From Candidatus Latescibacterota bacterium (lineage in GTDB: Bacteria > Latescibacterota > UBA2968 > UBA8231), in NCBI GenBank assembly GCA_965261395.1, contig OZ253462.1:384001-448000 (forward strand): 64,000 nucleotides of DNA, written 5' to 3'. The notes under the pieces are model-generated. The model did not search any database. It saw only the letters and a list, made by a program, of their open reading frames with translations, and was not told where the DNA came from. The position numbers were made by a program, and so were the translations under genes. Position 1 is the stretch's first letter. Each line of letters starts with the position of its first letter. Of the stretch, positions 37,243 to 47,109 are shown in pieces.

Positions 37243-39510
37243 ATGACGAATATTCGCAAGACCGTGCAGCATGGGCGGAGCGGTTTACGAATGTTAGCGG
37301 CAGTGTGGCTGCTAGCGGCGGGCGCGGCACAGGCGGCGACCCTGAGCGGATTTGTGACCGACGCCGACAGCGGCGAATCCCTGCCTCTGGCCTCCATTGT
37401 CCTGACGCAGGTACAGTTGGGCGCGGCGAGCAATAGCAGCGGCTACTACGCCGTCAAAGAGGTACCAGCGGGGACGTACGAGGTGGTGATTTCGTATATA
37501 GGCTACAAAAGCTGGCGCGACACCCTAGCGTTCAGCGACCGAGATGTGCGCTTGGATGTGGCCTTGCAGGTCGAGTCGGTGGACCTAGAGGAAATTGTGA
37601 TCCAAGCCGAGCGCAGCGAAGAGCTGGAGCAGGCCACCCAGAGCAGTTTTATCGCCCTACAGGTCGAGCCGTTGCAGCAAATGCCAGCCATTGGTGAGGC
37701 CGATCTCCTCCGCAGCTTGCAACTGCTGCCGGGCATCCAGTCGGCTTCGGACATTAGCAGCGGCCTGTACGTGCGCGGCGGCGGTCCCGATCAGACGGCT
37801 ATCCTCCTCGACCACATCCCCTTGTACAATCCCTCGCACCTATTCGGCTTCTTCTCGACCTTTAATCCAGACGCCATCAAGGACGTCCAGCTATACAAAG
37901 GGGCCTACCCGGCTGCGTACGGCCGCACGCTCGGGGCGGTGCTCGACGTGAGCAACCGCGAGGGCAACCGACAGCGCTTCAGCAGCCGGGGAGGCATCAG
38001 CCTGATCGCAAGCCGTTTGCTGGCCGAAGGGCCGGTGGGGCAAGGCTCGTGGATGCTGGCCGGCCGCCGCACCTACCTAGAACCCGTGCTCAGCGCCATC
38101 CGCTCTCGCGGGGTGGACATCCCCTTGAACTATTACTTCTACGACTTCAACGGCAAAGTCAACCAGCGCTGGGGCGACGACACCTTTACGGTGAGCACGT
38201 ATTGGGGCCAGGACGATCTGCGGGTGGACATAGAAGATGAGAATGAGTCGTTCGTCGATCTGCGCTGGGGCAACCGCGCGCTGACTGCGCGCTGGACGCG
38301 GGTGTTCTCGCCGACCCTGTTCGGGCACTTCATGGCCGCTGGCTCGTCGTACGAAAGCACCCTCTTATTCAGCTTCTTCGACACGCCTTTTAGCATTGCC
38401 AACAGCATCCGCGATTGGTCGCTCAAGAGCGACTTGGATTACTTTGCCAACCGCAACCACACCCTCACCCTCGGCTTTCTCGCCACCCTGTTCGAGTTCG
38501 ACTATGACGAGTCCTTCAACCAGCAGGACCAGTCCGACTTGTACCAAAGGTCGGTGCTGGCCTCGGCCTACGTGCAGGACGAGTGGCAAGCCGGGCCGAC
38601 CACGCGGCTGCGACTCGGGGGACGGGGCACCTATTTCAGCGTTGCGGATCGCCTGCATTTCACGCCGCGAATGTCCCTGAGCCACGCCCTCAGCGACAAA
38701 ATTCGCGTCAAGGCCGCCGCGGGCATGTACCGCCAGTACTTGCAATTGATCACCACCGAAGCCTTTAGCGGCGGCGATTTCTGGGTGCCGCTGGACAGCA
38801 GCGTCGAGCCGGGGCGCTCTTATCAGGGGGTGATAGGCACCGAGTGGGACCCGTCGCGGCGCTACCAGCTCTCCGTGGAGGCCTACTACACCGACTTGGC
38901 CAATCTGGTGGTGCTAGACAACGCGGTGGCCGTCGATAGCGAAAGCACGCGCTCGGATGACATATTCAAAAGCGGGGGTAGCGGCTGGGCCAGCGGAGTC
39001 GAGGTCTTTTTGCAGCGGCGCACTGGCGCACTTACCGGGTGGGTGGGCTATACCCTGGGCTGGACGCGGCGCACCTTTCCCGAACTGAACGGCGGGCTCA
39101 CCTTTCCCCCCAAGTACGACCGCCGCCACGACCTATCTTTCGTGTTCTCGTACCAGGCGGGGAAATGGCGCTTAGGCTCCAATCTCGTGTACGCCACCGG
39201 ACAGGCCTTCACCCCGGCCTCGGCCCGCTATTCGCTGCGCGAGCCAACCACTGGATCGGTGGAAGACTACGTGCTACCGGCCGAGCGCAACAGCGCCCGC
39301 CTACTGCCCTACCACCGCCTTGATGCCAGCGCCAGCCGCGAGTTTGGGCTGTGGGGCCTCGACGTCGAGTTCTACTTGCAAATTTTCAATCTCTACAGCC
39401 GGCGCAACGAGTGGTTCGTGCAGTTCGACACGAAGAATCCCGAGACCGAGCCGGAAGTGGTCAAGCAATTGCCCATCGTGCCGACGCTGGGCTTCAACTT
39501 TTCGTTTTAA
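37243..39510 (+). CDS. TonB-dependent receptor, paralogue 2
   Basis: Same motifs; highly similar to 34983..37148; terminal GFNFSF. Confidence 0.92.
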   Translation: MTNIRKTVQHGRSGLRMLAAVWLLAAGAAQAATLSGFVTDADSGESLPLASIVLTQVQLGAASNSSGYYAVKEVPAGTYEVVISYIGYKSWRDTLAFSDRDVRLDVALQVESVDLEEIVIQAERSEELEQATQSSFIALQVEPLQQMPAIGEADLLRSLQLLPGIQSASDISSGLYVRGGGPDQTAILLDHIPLYNPSHLFGFFSTFNPDAIKDVQLYKGAYPAAYGRTLGAVLDVSNREGNRQRFSSRGGISLIASRLLAEGPVGQGSWMLAGRRTYLEPVLSAIRSRGVDIPLNYYFYDFNGKVNQRWGDDTFTVSTYWGQDDLRVDIEDENESFVDLRWGNRALTARWTRVFSPTLFGHFMAAGSSYESTLLFSFFDTPFSIANSIRDWSLKSDLDYFANRNHTLTLGFLATLFEFDYDESFNQQDQSDLYQRSVLASAYVQDEWQAGPTTRLRLGGRGTYFSVADRLHFTPRMSLSHALSDKIRVKAAAGMYRQYLQLITTEAFSGGDFWVPLDSSVEPGRSYQGVIGTEWDPSRRYQLSVEAYYTDLANLVVLDNAVAVDSESTRSDDIFKSGGSGWASGVEVFLQRRTGALTGWVGYTLGWTRRTFPELNGGLTFPPKYDRRHDLSFVFSYQAGKWRLGSNLVYATGQAFTPASARYSLREPTTGSVEDYVLPAERNSARLLPYHRLDASASREFGLWGLDVEFYLQIFNLYSRRNEWFVQFDTKNPETEPEVVKQLPIVPTLGFNFSF

Positions 39511-39528
39511 GGAGGAAGTCGTGCGCTA
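39484..39528 (+). repeat. 45-bp direct repeat, left copy (TBDR 3' end + RBS + start of DUF4249 gene)
   Basis: ACGCTGGGCTTCAACTTTTCGTTTTAAGGAGGAAGTCGTGCGCTA; 42/45 identical to 42070-42114. Confidence 0.92.
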
Positions 39529-39588
39529 TTAAGAGTTGGACGGTGAGGCACAGGGAAGGTATGAGACCCGGTTCTATATAGTTTCTAC

Positions 39589-40235
39589 TCACTTGCGTGC
39601 AATACGGCACGACTTCCAGTTCTTCGACCAATGTTCATCGGACTGGACATGGCCCGCCCGAACGCTCTTGCAGACATTGTACCTGAATTCCTCGACCGGA
39701 AATGCTCGTGCCAACCGTATCACCACCCCTTCCCGTTCACCTCCCAATACGGATGGCTCCGTGTGCGCCTTGCTTACGAAGTCCTGAATTTCGTCAACGG
39801 AGCGGAACAAGCCCTCGAACAGAATGGGGGCTACCGGAATGTCGTGTTCTTGGGCATAATCCACCATCGTCCGGAACGACGAAAAGGTACCATCCCCAAA
39901 GCGAAGCGCGAAGGCATAAAAGGTTTCGTTCTCGGCGACGGGTTCATATTCGATGCTGTGTACTCCGTAGATATCTTCACCATAAAGAAACACGTCCGGC
40001 TCCATCACTTTCCAAGCATGGTGTTTCTTGACCATCGCCATCCACTTGCCATTCGAAGGAGCGGAGACACTACGTGCATAAACTTCACCCTGGTGAAGGA
40101 GTGTATTGCCTCCATCGATCTTCTCGGTTACGACAATCGGTAATCCTATGAACCTCATCGGGTCGGCAAGAGCTTCGCCGTCTCGGACAGCCGCTGGCGA
40201 GTCTGGCCAGTAGGAGTTTTTGGATATTTGAGCAT
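39589..40235 (-). CDS. ATP-dependent RNA ligase family protein (Rnl2-like adenylation domain); 1-nt frameshift near 5' end
   Basis: Nucleotidyltransferase motifs TEKIDG, LYGE, FYAF, EGVVIR, KSVR. ATG at 40235 reads MLKYPKTP, then needs +1 nt to continue YWPDSP. Confidence 0.8.
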
Positions 40236-40331
40236 ATGACCTGACGTCGAAAATTGGCACTCGAGATCCGCGTGCGTGTTTCTTCCGTTCGCCGCTATGG
40301 CAACGTTGGTGTCTACGACAAAGGATGTCAT
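40155..40331 (-). pseudogene. 58-aa ORF: PIN-domain-like N-terminus running in frame into the RNA ligase start
   Basis: ATG overlaps ATPase stop (TGATG); MTSFVVDTNVAIAANGRNTHADLECQFSTSGH-MLKYPKTP...; below ORF-track length cutoff. Confidence 0.65.
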
Positions 40332-41689
40332 CACGAGGCTTTGATCCGTCTTTCCAGGGACGCTGTGCTAATCGCAGCAATCTCGCCCATTTCATCTCCA
40401 AAAAATTTATCCGGCCAGTTCTCTATTTCACCCCACATATTCAGACTGAGATCGTCGCATTCGGCTACGCCGTGTTTCGTATGAACGAAGTAGAGCTTCA
40501 AGTCTGACGATGACATTTCTTCTTCGGCTACGCGACGCTGGAAGCGCCTTAATAAGTGCTCACTGTGGCTTTCCACGACAATCTGGACCCGGCGCGTCTT
40601 GGCCACTGCGAGTATCACGTCCGCCAATCCACTTTGAACGGACGGATGCAAATGAATTTCCGGCTGCTCCATCAGAACGATAGAGCCATCCGGCACATAG
40701 TACAGAAGTACCAGAACAGGCAAGATTTGGGAGACGCCGAAGCCTACATCCGTTAGCATCGTCTCCGGGCCTTTGTCTCTTTGAACGCAGGCTTGGTACA
40801 GGTTGGACCTAGGCGCGATTTCTTTAACCTCGAAGGAATCAATCAGGCCTAGTTCTCTCAACCAATGGGCAATCATTTCTTGGAATGGCTTGTAGTGCTT
40901 GCGTGGTGCAAGGTTTCGCATCTCGCCTCGTGCGGTAGCCGCCAGAATGGCATCGATAGTGCGTTCGCCGCGTGGTCCCACATCATCGGGGCTAGATCCC
41001 GCCCACCTATACTCGCGCTGCGGATGCTCTCGGAGAGGGCCAAGATAGAAGATCCTATCCATCAGCGCCTCGTACTGAGCTTCGAATTCACTTAGAAAAT
41101 TGGCGTCTTGAAAGTAGGTACGGGCTTGGTCAGGGAAGAGATGTGTCTTAACCGGGCCGGGCAGAGCCCAACCCCGTCCTCTATTCCGAGTGAACTCGAA
41201 CGGGTGTTCACCGCATGATATAAGATCGAACTCATTGGGTTTGTCTACTTTTGGTTCGATGGCGAAAACGGTGTTGTCAAATTTATATTTCATATGATGC
41301 GCCGATAGATCTGAGCCTTTCAGTCCAACCCGGCATTCCATTTGTAGACTAGTTCCCTCTAAGAGCACCTTATTGCGAGGGCCCTTGGGGTCATAGACTT
41401 TATAAGAATTTGGAAGTGTCCAATCTAGGGTCCAGTTGATGTTCGCTTTCTGGTCGCCTTGATGCACAATGGCTTGGTAGGTTCCCAGATTTACCAGTTC
41501 GTTCGGTCCGCCGAAGTCCAGCACGGTACCCCGGTCTGTCGCATTCTTCGTCTGCTTGAGCAAAAGTAGAAACTGAAGCACACTGCTCTTGCCTGAACTA
41601 TTCGTGCCGAAAAGACCAGTGACCTTCCCTAAGGATATCTGTAACTCGCACCATGCCTTGAAGTTAGTGATATTAAGAAATTCCAACAT
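40331..41689 (-). CDS. ABC-type AAA ATPase (AAA_15/AAA_21) with DUF3696-like C-terminus
   Basis: NFKAW, Walker A GTNSSGKS, signature DVGFGVSQ, Walker B MEQPEIHLHP, ESHSEH, GEIENWPDKFF. Confidence 0.9.
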   Translation of the reverse strand: MLEFLNITNFKAWCELQISLGKVTGLFGTNSSGKSSVLQFLLLLKQTKNATDRGTVLDFGGPNELVNLGTYQAIVHQGDQKANINWTLDWTLPNSYKVYDPKGPRNKVLLEGTSLQMECRVGLKGSDLSAHHMKYKFDNTVFAIEPKVDKPNEFDLISCGEHPFEFTRNRGRGWALPGPVKTHLFPDQARTYFQDANFLSEFEAQYEALMDRIFYLGPLREHPQREYRWAGSSPDDVGPRGERTIDAILAATARGEMRNLAPRKHYKPFQEMIAHWLRELGLIDSFEVKEIAPRSNLYQACVQRDKGPETMLTDVGFGVSQILPVLVLLYYVPDGSIVLMEQPEIHLHPSVQSGLADVILAVAKTRRVQIVVESHSEHLLRRFQRRVAEEEMSSSDLKLYFVHTKHGVAECDDLSLNMWGEIENWPDKFFGDEMGEIAAISTASLERRIKAS

Positions 41690-42069
41690 TGGTTACTTGC
41701 CTTCCTTGGAGTGCGGTCGCCACCTCGACGCTTCTCGTGAGGTCTCGTTCCGAAACCGCGCCGACCGACCATCTCCTTCCGGTGAAATAGCTGGATTCGC
41801 TTGGAGGCAGCCTTAATGGTCTCTTTCATGGCTCCACCATAGTTTTGGTCGCGTGGTGTAAGACAAAGTACAAGGTTCAGCAAACCCTCGCCAGCATCAC
41901 GTCCTCTTGTAGTAGCCTCTCGATACGGACCTGGAGCAGCGATCGTATATATTTGTATATAGTGTTCGATATACTGTACTTTTGCTTTATGCCAAGCAAG
42001 ACTTTGGCCTATCTAGGCAGCCGTTTTCGACTTGGGCCAAACAGTATGAATCCCAAGGTGCGCCTAAAC

Positions 42070-42114
42070 ACGCTGGGTTTCAATTTTTCGTTTTAAGGAG
42101 AAAGTCGTGCGCTA
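42070..42114 (+). repeat. 45-bp direct repeat, right copy
   Basis: ACGCTGGGTTTCAATTTTTCGTTTTAAGGAGAAAGTCGTGCGCTA. Confidence 0.92.
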
Positions 42115-43027
42115 CATTTTTATCGTCCTATGCCTAACGGCCTGCGCTGCCGAGCGCCAGCCGGGCGATCTCTTCGGCTCAGTAAAAAAAGAAAGCGAGG
42201 TGGTGGTGGACGGGGTGCTGCTGGTCGATCAGCTCCTACCCGAATTGTTCGTGCGGCGCACCCTGCCTCTCGACCAAACCTATCGCAGGGAAGCGGCGGT
42301 AGTAACTGACGCCGAGGTGCGCATTTTCCAAGGGGACCAAGTCTTTGATTACGCACCCGACCCGACTACGCCCGGCCGCTATCTGCCACCGCCAGAGGCC
42401 CCCCAAGTGGAAGCCCTGACCGAGTACCGACTGGAAGTGGACGTAGAGGGAAAGAAAGTGCGTGCCAGCACGACCACGCCAGAGCGGCTGCGGCTGCGGC
42501 AGGCGGTGCTGGTTGACGAAGACACCCAAGAAATCGTGCGGACTCTCAAGTCATTTGCCGAGGTTGGGGACGAGGTTTACACGGCACCGGAGAATCAGCT
42601 TACTCACCTAGAGGGCCTGATCGAACTCCACTTGGAAAAGGCAGGGGAGGCGTACCAAGCAGCACTCTTCGCTTTGGAAGAGAACGCGCAATTGCTCGAC
42701 GAGGATTTCCCGGACTTGTTCGACGAGGACTTGGATGCATTGCGAGCCAACCAATCGCCGCCCTTCGCCGCCAGCGACGGAATCGTGCGCTGGCCGTGGT
42801 TCGCCGTGGTTTATACCGGGCGTTCGCTAATAAAGGTGTACGCACTCGACCACAACTGGTTCGAGTACGCCCGCTCCAGCCCCGACCTGCAGGAACAGGG
42901 AGGATCTGCAGGAGGGCTGGCCGGCGAAAATTTCGAGCGGCCATTCTTTCAGGTGGAGGGAGGCATCGGGCTGTTCGGCTCGGCGTCGGTGGATTCGGTG
43001 GGGTTTGTCGTCCTGCCGCGACCGTAG
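42107..43027 (+). CDS. DUF4249-like lipoprotein (TBDR partner)
   Basis: Lipobox LTAC; VVDGVL, DAEVRI, YRLEV, C-terminal VEGGIGLFGS; RBS AAGGAG. Confidence 0.8.
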   Translation: MRYIFIVLCLTACAAERQPGDLFGSVKKESEVVVDGVLLVDQLLPELFVRRTLPLDQTYRREAAVVTDAEVRIFQGDQVFDYAPDPTTPGRYLPPPEAPQVEALTEYRLEVDVEGKKVRASTTTPERLRLRQAVLVDEDTQEIVRTLKSFAEVGDEVYTAPENQLTHLEGLIELHLEKAGEAYQAALFALEENAQLLDEDFPDLFDEDLDALRANQSPPFAASDGIVRWPWFAVVYTGRSLIKVYALDHNWFEYARSSPDLQEQGGSAGGLAGENFERPFFQVEGGIGLFGSASVDSVGFVVLPRP

Positions 43028-43063
43028 AGCGCAGCGTTTTCACTGCTAACAAGGACCAGACGC

Positions 43064-43855
43064 ATGTGGACAGAAGCGCAACAACAGGCATTTGCAGAGC
43101 GAGGGTACTTCATTGCCAGCGACGCCGTCAGCCCAGATATGGTGGATGAACTGCGCCAAGCAGCCCGGCGCGTAAAGGCCCGCATACGCACCGGTGAATT
43201 GGACTTGTACACCGACCACCGGGGCGAGAGTGAGCCGTATCACGTCTCCGGCCTAATCGCACCGCAATACGGCGAGCCTATCTTCGCCCAGTACTTGGCC
43301 TCAGAGCCTTTGCTCGCCTACGTCCAAGCGCAGATCGGCCGCGAGTTGCGCTTCGGTTCCCTCTCCATGTTTACCAACCCGCACGACCAAGTGTTCAATG
43401 TGCCTTGGCACCGCGACGACGGCCTCGTGTTCGACAAGGACGAAGCCACCGAACTGGCTTATTTGCAGGAGCCGCGCACGGAGTGCCGCTGGGAGCTAGC
43501 CCTCGCAGACGACTCGGCACTTGGCGTAATTCCGGGCAGTCAGAAGCGCTACCGCACCCAGCGGGAATGGGAGGCCATGAGCAACAGCCGGGCCGAGGAC
43601 TTGCCCGGGGCCGAGACGATTCACTTGCGGGCCGGAGAAACCGTTTTCTGGAACGGCAACATCATTCACCGGGCCTGCCACCAGCCCGATCGCGAGCGGC
43701 TGACCTTGGTCGCGGCCTATAAAGCATACCGCGCCGACGAATCTCCACAGGACGTAGGACGCTTCCAGTTCCTGCTCGACGACGAAGTGCGCGCCGGCTT
43801 GCCCACAGCCTTGCACGTCTATTACGACCGCTGGAGATCCCTCCAACTCGCCTGA
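43064..43855 (+). CDS. Phytanoyl-CoA dioxygenase (PhyH) family protein
   Basis: WHRD, VIPGS, LRAGETVFW, IIHR. Confidence 0.88.
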   Translation: MWTEAQQQAFAERGYFIASDAVSPDMVDELRQAARRVKARIRTGELDLYTDHRGESEPYHVSGLIAPQYGEPIFAQYLASEPLLAYVQAQIGRELRFGSLSMFTNPHDQVFNVPWHRDDGLVFDKDEATELAYLQEPRTECRWELALADDSALGVIPGSQKRYRTQREWEAMSNSRAEDLPGAETIHLRAGETVFWNGNIIHRACHQPDRERLTLVAAYKAYRADESPQDVGRFQFLLDDEVRAGLPTALHVYYDRWRSLQLA

Positions 43856-43917
43856 GCAAGCAGCCTAATTCATCCCATCGCCCTGCGGTTTCCTTCCCGC
43901 TAGATCCCGATCCATTT

Positions 43918-46269
43918 TTAACGGTTTTCGGCCGCTTGCTTGAGCGCTCGGCTGCGTTCGTAGAATTCGGCCAGATCCATTTCCTTGAGGAACACGAGGC
44001 CCCGCGTGGCGCGGATCAGGGGGCTGGGATGTTCGTGGAACCACTTGTGGCCGAGACAGGTTTTGATCTTCTGGTACTGATCGACCTGCACCTGCTGCGC
44101 CAGTTCGGAGAAGGGGCCGTCGTGCTCGTAACTGGGGAATGAGGCGTCGCGCTGGGAGATAAAGGTGTTCATAAAGGCGCTGTGCATGACCGAAAACATA
44201 TTGAGCGACACCGGCACGAAGATATTGGCCTCGCTGGGGTCAAAGCGGTACCACACATTGCGGTAGCCCCAGACCTTGATCTCGGAGCGTCCACTTTGTC
44301 GCTCGTAGCGGCGGAGTGCCTCGGTAATCACCTGTAGCACCTTGTAGTGGGTATCCGGCCCGCTGGCTTCTGGGTCTAAGGCTACGCCGACCACGTCGGG
44401 CGCTACTTGGTCCAGGAGCGCGAGTACGGGCGGCACATCGTCTTCGAGCGTCGGCTCTTGAGTGAAGATGTCGCCGGTGTAAAAGCCGAGGCTCAGGTGT
44501 TTGACGCTAGAGCAATCCCAACCAAAATACCCCCACAGACACTCGGCCTCCCACGCGCGGCATTTGCTTTTGAGCATCTGCACCTCCGGCGCGTCCTTCT
44601 GGCCCGGATAGTGGCTGGCGAAGTAGGCCTCCAACTCCCCCAACCGGGCCTCAATGCCCTCGAGGTCCTCAACGTCGTACAGCTCGACGAGGTTCCGTAA
44701 AAAGCGCCGTGCCGCCCCTTCGTCGCACAACAGCGGGTCCGCGGCGGCAACCCCGTCGAGGTACTGCCAAACATCGCGGTTGCGGCCGTTTTCGTAGCTG
44801 GGGTCAAAGTAGTCCTGCGCCCAAAGCGCCGAGCACTCGGCGCTGGGCAAAAAGCGCCGCAGCCGTTGCAAGTGGGCCTCGATAAAGCGGTTGGTCACCG
44901 CGGTGAAGCCGCCGGTAAAACAGGCGAAATAATGCACGTTGGTGGCGTCGCGCACGTGGCGGACGATATAGGACAGGTAGCCCAGCATTAGGTCGTCGTG
45001 GTGCGGCTCCGTGTGCAGGAAGCGCGTCCCGGAAAGGGTCTGAGATCCCCGCTCGATTTTGCCTATTAGCCGGTCGTGTACCATCTGCGTCAATGCGGCA
45101 ATCCCCTCCGGGCGCTGGCACAACAGCACGGCACCCAAGGCGTCTCGGGCAAAGTCGGCTTCGGTCAGGTCAACGACCTTTTTGCTCAAGCCGCAGGCTA
45201 GGTCGATGACGATCTTTTCCACCATCTCATCGTCCATGGCTGCCCGCTGCTCCACGAGCACGAGCCGCCTAGCCCTGAGCGCCTTAGCCGCTCCCTGGGT
45301 AATGTAGAACCGCGCCATGGGCAGGCGGTGCAGCGCCGTGGCCGGATAGCGCACGTCTGGCGCTTGCTCGATCGCGGCGGCGACAATGCCAGCCTTGGCC
45401 TCGCCAGCGGCGATGATCAGGGCGCAGCAGTCGGGATTATCAACGATTGTACCCAAGCCGATGGTAATGACCAACCGCTTACGCGATACCTCAATGCCGC
45501 CCAAATCGCCGGCAGCCGCCGCCTGCGTTTCGTAGTTGATCCCCGTCAGCCTCGTCGTCGAAAAGTGGTCCGAGCCGCGCACGTTAAAGCCGATGTGCCC
45601 GTCCGGGCCAATGCCCCCCAAGAAAAAGCCAATGCCTCCGAGGGCGCGGATTTGCTCCTCGTACTCTTGGCACCACTGGTCAATCCTGCGCAAGGCGTCC
45701 TGCTGCACGCGCTCAAGCAAAGTGCGGGCAGCCCGATAGCGCAGTGAGAGATCCACGGTGCCGTCTGGCCACACCTCGTTCAAGGTTTGGTCGGCCTTTA
45801 GGCCGATCTCGGCGCAGTTGATGCGCAGAGCCTTGGCCGGATCTAACCCAAAACCATCGATATAGAAGCGGTTTACATAGGCGTAGAAACTGTTGTCCTG
45901 TCGGGGGTCGATCGGATAGAACTCGTCAATTTGCACAAAGTGTAAACTGCGCAGGTCCGGCTTGCGCCCTGGGTCGATGCCGGCCTCTTCGAGTTGGGCG
46001 CGGACATCCGCCTCGTCCCAATGCCGCAGCAGTCGTTCGACCCAGCGGATAAAGTGTTCGGGGGTTTTGCCCGTCGGCAGCGAGACCACGCCGCCGGGAT
46101 GGTCCTGGACCCATTCGACAAAGCGCATCGCCGCTAGCTTGCCCAGCGCCGGGAAGTGCTCGACCACAATGGTCTTGATGCGCTCGGTCGAAGGATAGTG
46201 TGCCGCAAAAGGCGAGCTTGCTACAGCTCTGCGCTCGACCGCGGTCAGCTCTCCGGTATCGACCATCAC
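43918..46269 (-). CDS. Glucosamine-6-phosphate deaminase-like domain fused to PIG-L/LmbE-type deacetylase domain
   Basis: LPTGKTP, IDEFYP, GGIGPDGHIGFN, ITIGLGTI; then EPHHDD, GPDTHY, SQRDASFPS. Confidence 0.88.
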   Translation of the reverse strand: MMVDTGELTAVERRAVASSPFAAHYPSTERIKTIVVEHFPALGKLAAMRFVEWVQDHPGGVVSLPTGKTPEHFIRWVERLLRHWDEADVRAQLEEAGIDPGRKPDLRSLHFVQIDEFYPIDPRQDNSFYAYVNRFYIDGFGLDPAKALRINCAEIGLKADQTLNEVWPDGTVDLSLRYRAARTLLERVQQDALRRIDQWCQEYEEQIRALGGIGFFLGGIGPDGHIGFNVRGSDHFSTTRLTGINYETQAAAAGDLGGIEVSRKRLVITIGLGTIVDNPDCCALIIAAGEAKAGIVAAAIEQAPDVRYPATALHRLPMARFYITQGAAKALRARRLVLVEQRAAMDDEMVEKIVIDLACGLSKKVVDLTEADFARDALGAVLLCQRPEGIAALTQMVHDRLIGKIERGSQTLSGTRFLHTEPHHDDLMLGYLSYIVRHVRDATNVHYFACFTGGFTAVTNRFIEAHLQRLRRFLPSAECSALWAQDYFDPSYENGRNRDVWQYLDGVAAADPLLCDEGAARRFLRNLVELYDVEDLEGIEARLGELEAYFASHYPGQKDAPEVQMLKSKCRAWEAECLWGYFGWDCSSVKHLSLGFYTGDIFTQEPTLEDDVPPVLALLDQVAPDVVGVALDPEASGPDTHYKVLQVITEALRRYERQSGRSEIKVWGYRNVWYRFDPSEANIFVPVSLNMFSVMHSAFMNTFISQRDASFPSYEHDGPFSELAQQVQVDQYQKIKTCLGHKWFHEHPSPLIRATRGLVFLKEMDLAEFYERSRALKQAAENR

Positions 46270-47025
46270 TTAGCTCCTCTCGTGGGTCGCACTCAGGTGC
46301 GAGGCCGCTACTTGATCGAGCAGGAATGTACAGTCGGGGTGATTTTGCAACAGGCTGGCCGGGCAATCCGGCGTGCAAGGCCCCTCCACGGCCCGCGCCA
46401 CAGCCGCGGCCTTATGAGCACCAGTAGCCAAAAGCGCAATGCTCCGCCCGTCGAGAATGGTCGCCAAACCCACCGTCAGGGCTAGCTGGGGCACGTGCGA
46501 CGGATCGGCAAAATGGCGGCTGTTGGCGGTGACGGTCTCTGGATTGGGCGCTACCACCCGCGAGCGGCTCGCTGGATCGCTACCGGGTTCGTTAAAGGCG
46601 ATATGGCCGTTGCCGCCGATGCCCAAAAGCCACAGGTCAACCCCGCCCAAAGCGCGGATCTTGGCCTCAAAGGCCAGGCACTCCTGCTCGGGATCTGACG
46701 CCGTGCCGTCGAAGAGGAACGTGTTATAGGGACGGACATCGACGTGATCGAACAAGTACCGCTGCATAAAGAAGCGGTAGCTCTGCTCGTCGTCTCCAGA
46801 CAGGCCGAGGTACTCGTCTAGGTTGAAGGTTCGCGCCTGGGCAAAGCTAAGCCCTTCCTCGCGGTGCATCCGCACCAACTCGCTATAGGTCGGCACCGGC
46901 GTCGAACCGGTCGCCAAACCCAACACGGCGTTGGAACGGCGGCGCAGCCACGCGGCGCACAGACCAGCGGCAGCAGCAGCCACCGCCGTCTCGTCGGCGA
47001 GGACGCGTACCTCAATCCCGCTCAT
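46270..47025 (-). CDS. nagB: Glucosamine-6-phosphate deaminase
   Basis: LGLATGSTP, FNLDEY, GIGGNGHIAFNEPGS, PASLLQNH. Confidence 0.93.
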   Translation of the reverse strand: MSGIEVRVLADETAVAAAAAGLCAAWLRRRSNAVLGLATGSTPVPTYSELVRMHREEGLSFAQARTFNLDEYLGLSGDDEQSYRFFMQRYLFDHVDVRPYNTFLFDGTASDPEQECLAFEAKIRALGGVDLWLLGIGGNGHIAFNEPGSDPASRSRVVAPNPETVTANSRHFADPSHVPQLALTVGLATILDGRSIALLATGAHKAAAVARAVEGPCTPDCPASLLQNHPDCTFLLDQVAASHLSATHERS

Positions 47026-47109
47026 TGCGTACCTAACCTGTGAAAAGTGAACAAGTGTATGGAACAAATTAGAAAGAGGAGGGATTGCGGTAAAGAATGC
47101 TAGGCGACC

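Larger units (their letters stand above)
39529..42069. mobile_element. 2541-bp lower-GC insert bounded by direct repeats; no recombinase gene
   Basis: Separates TBDR from its DUF4249 partner; cargo on opposite strand; visibly more AT-rich. Confidence 0.7.

Noticed and set aside
41845-42096. 83-aa plus-strand ORF ending TLGFNFSF
   Set aside because: Only the last 8 codons are TBDR-like (the repeat); the rest looks non-coding
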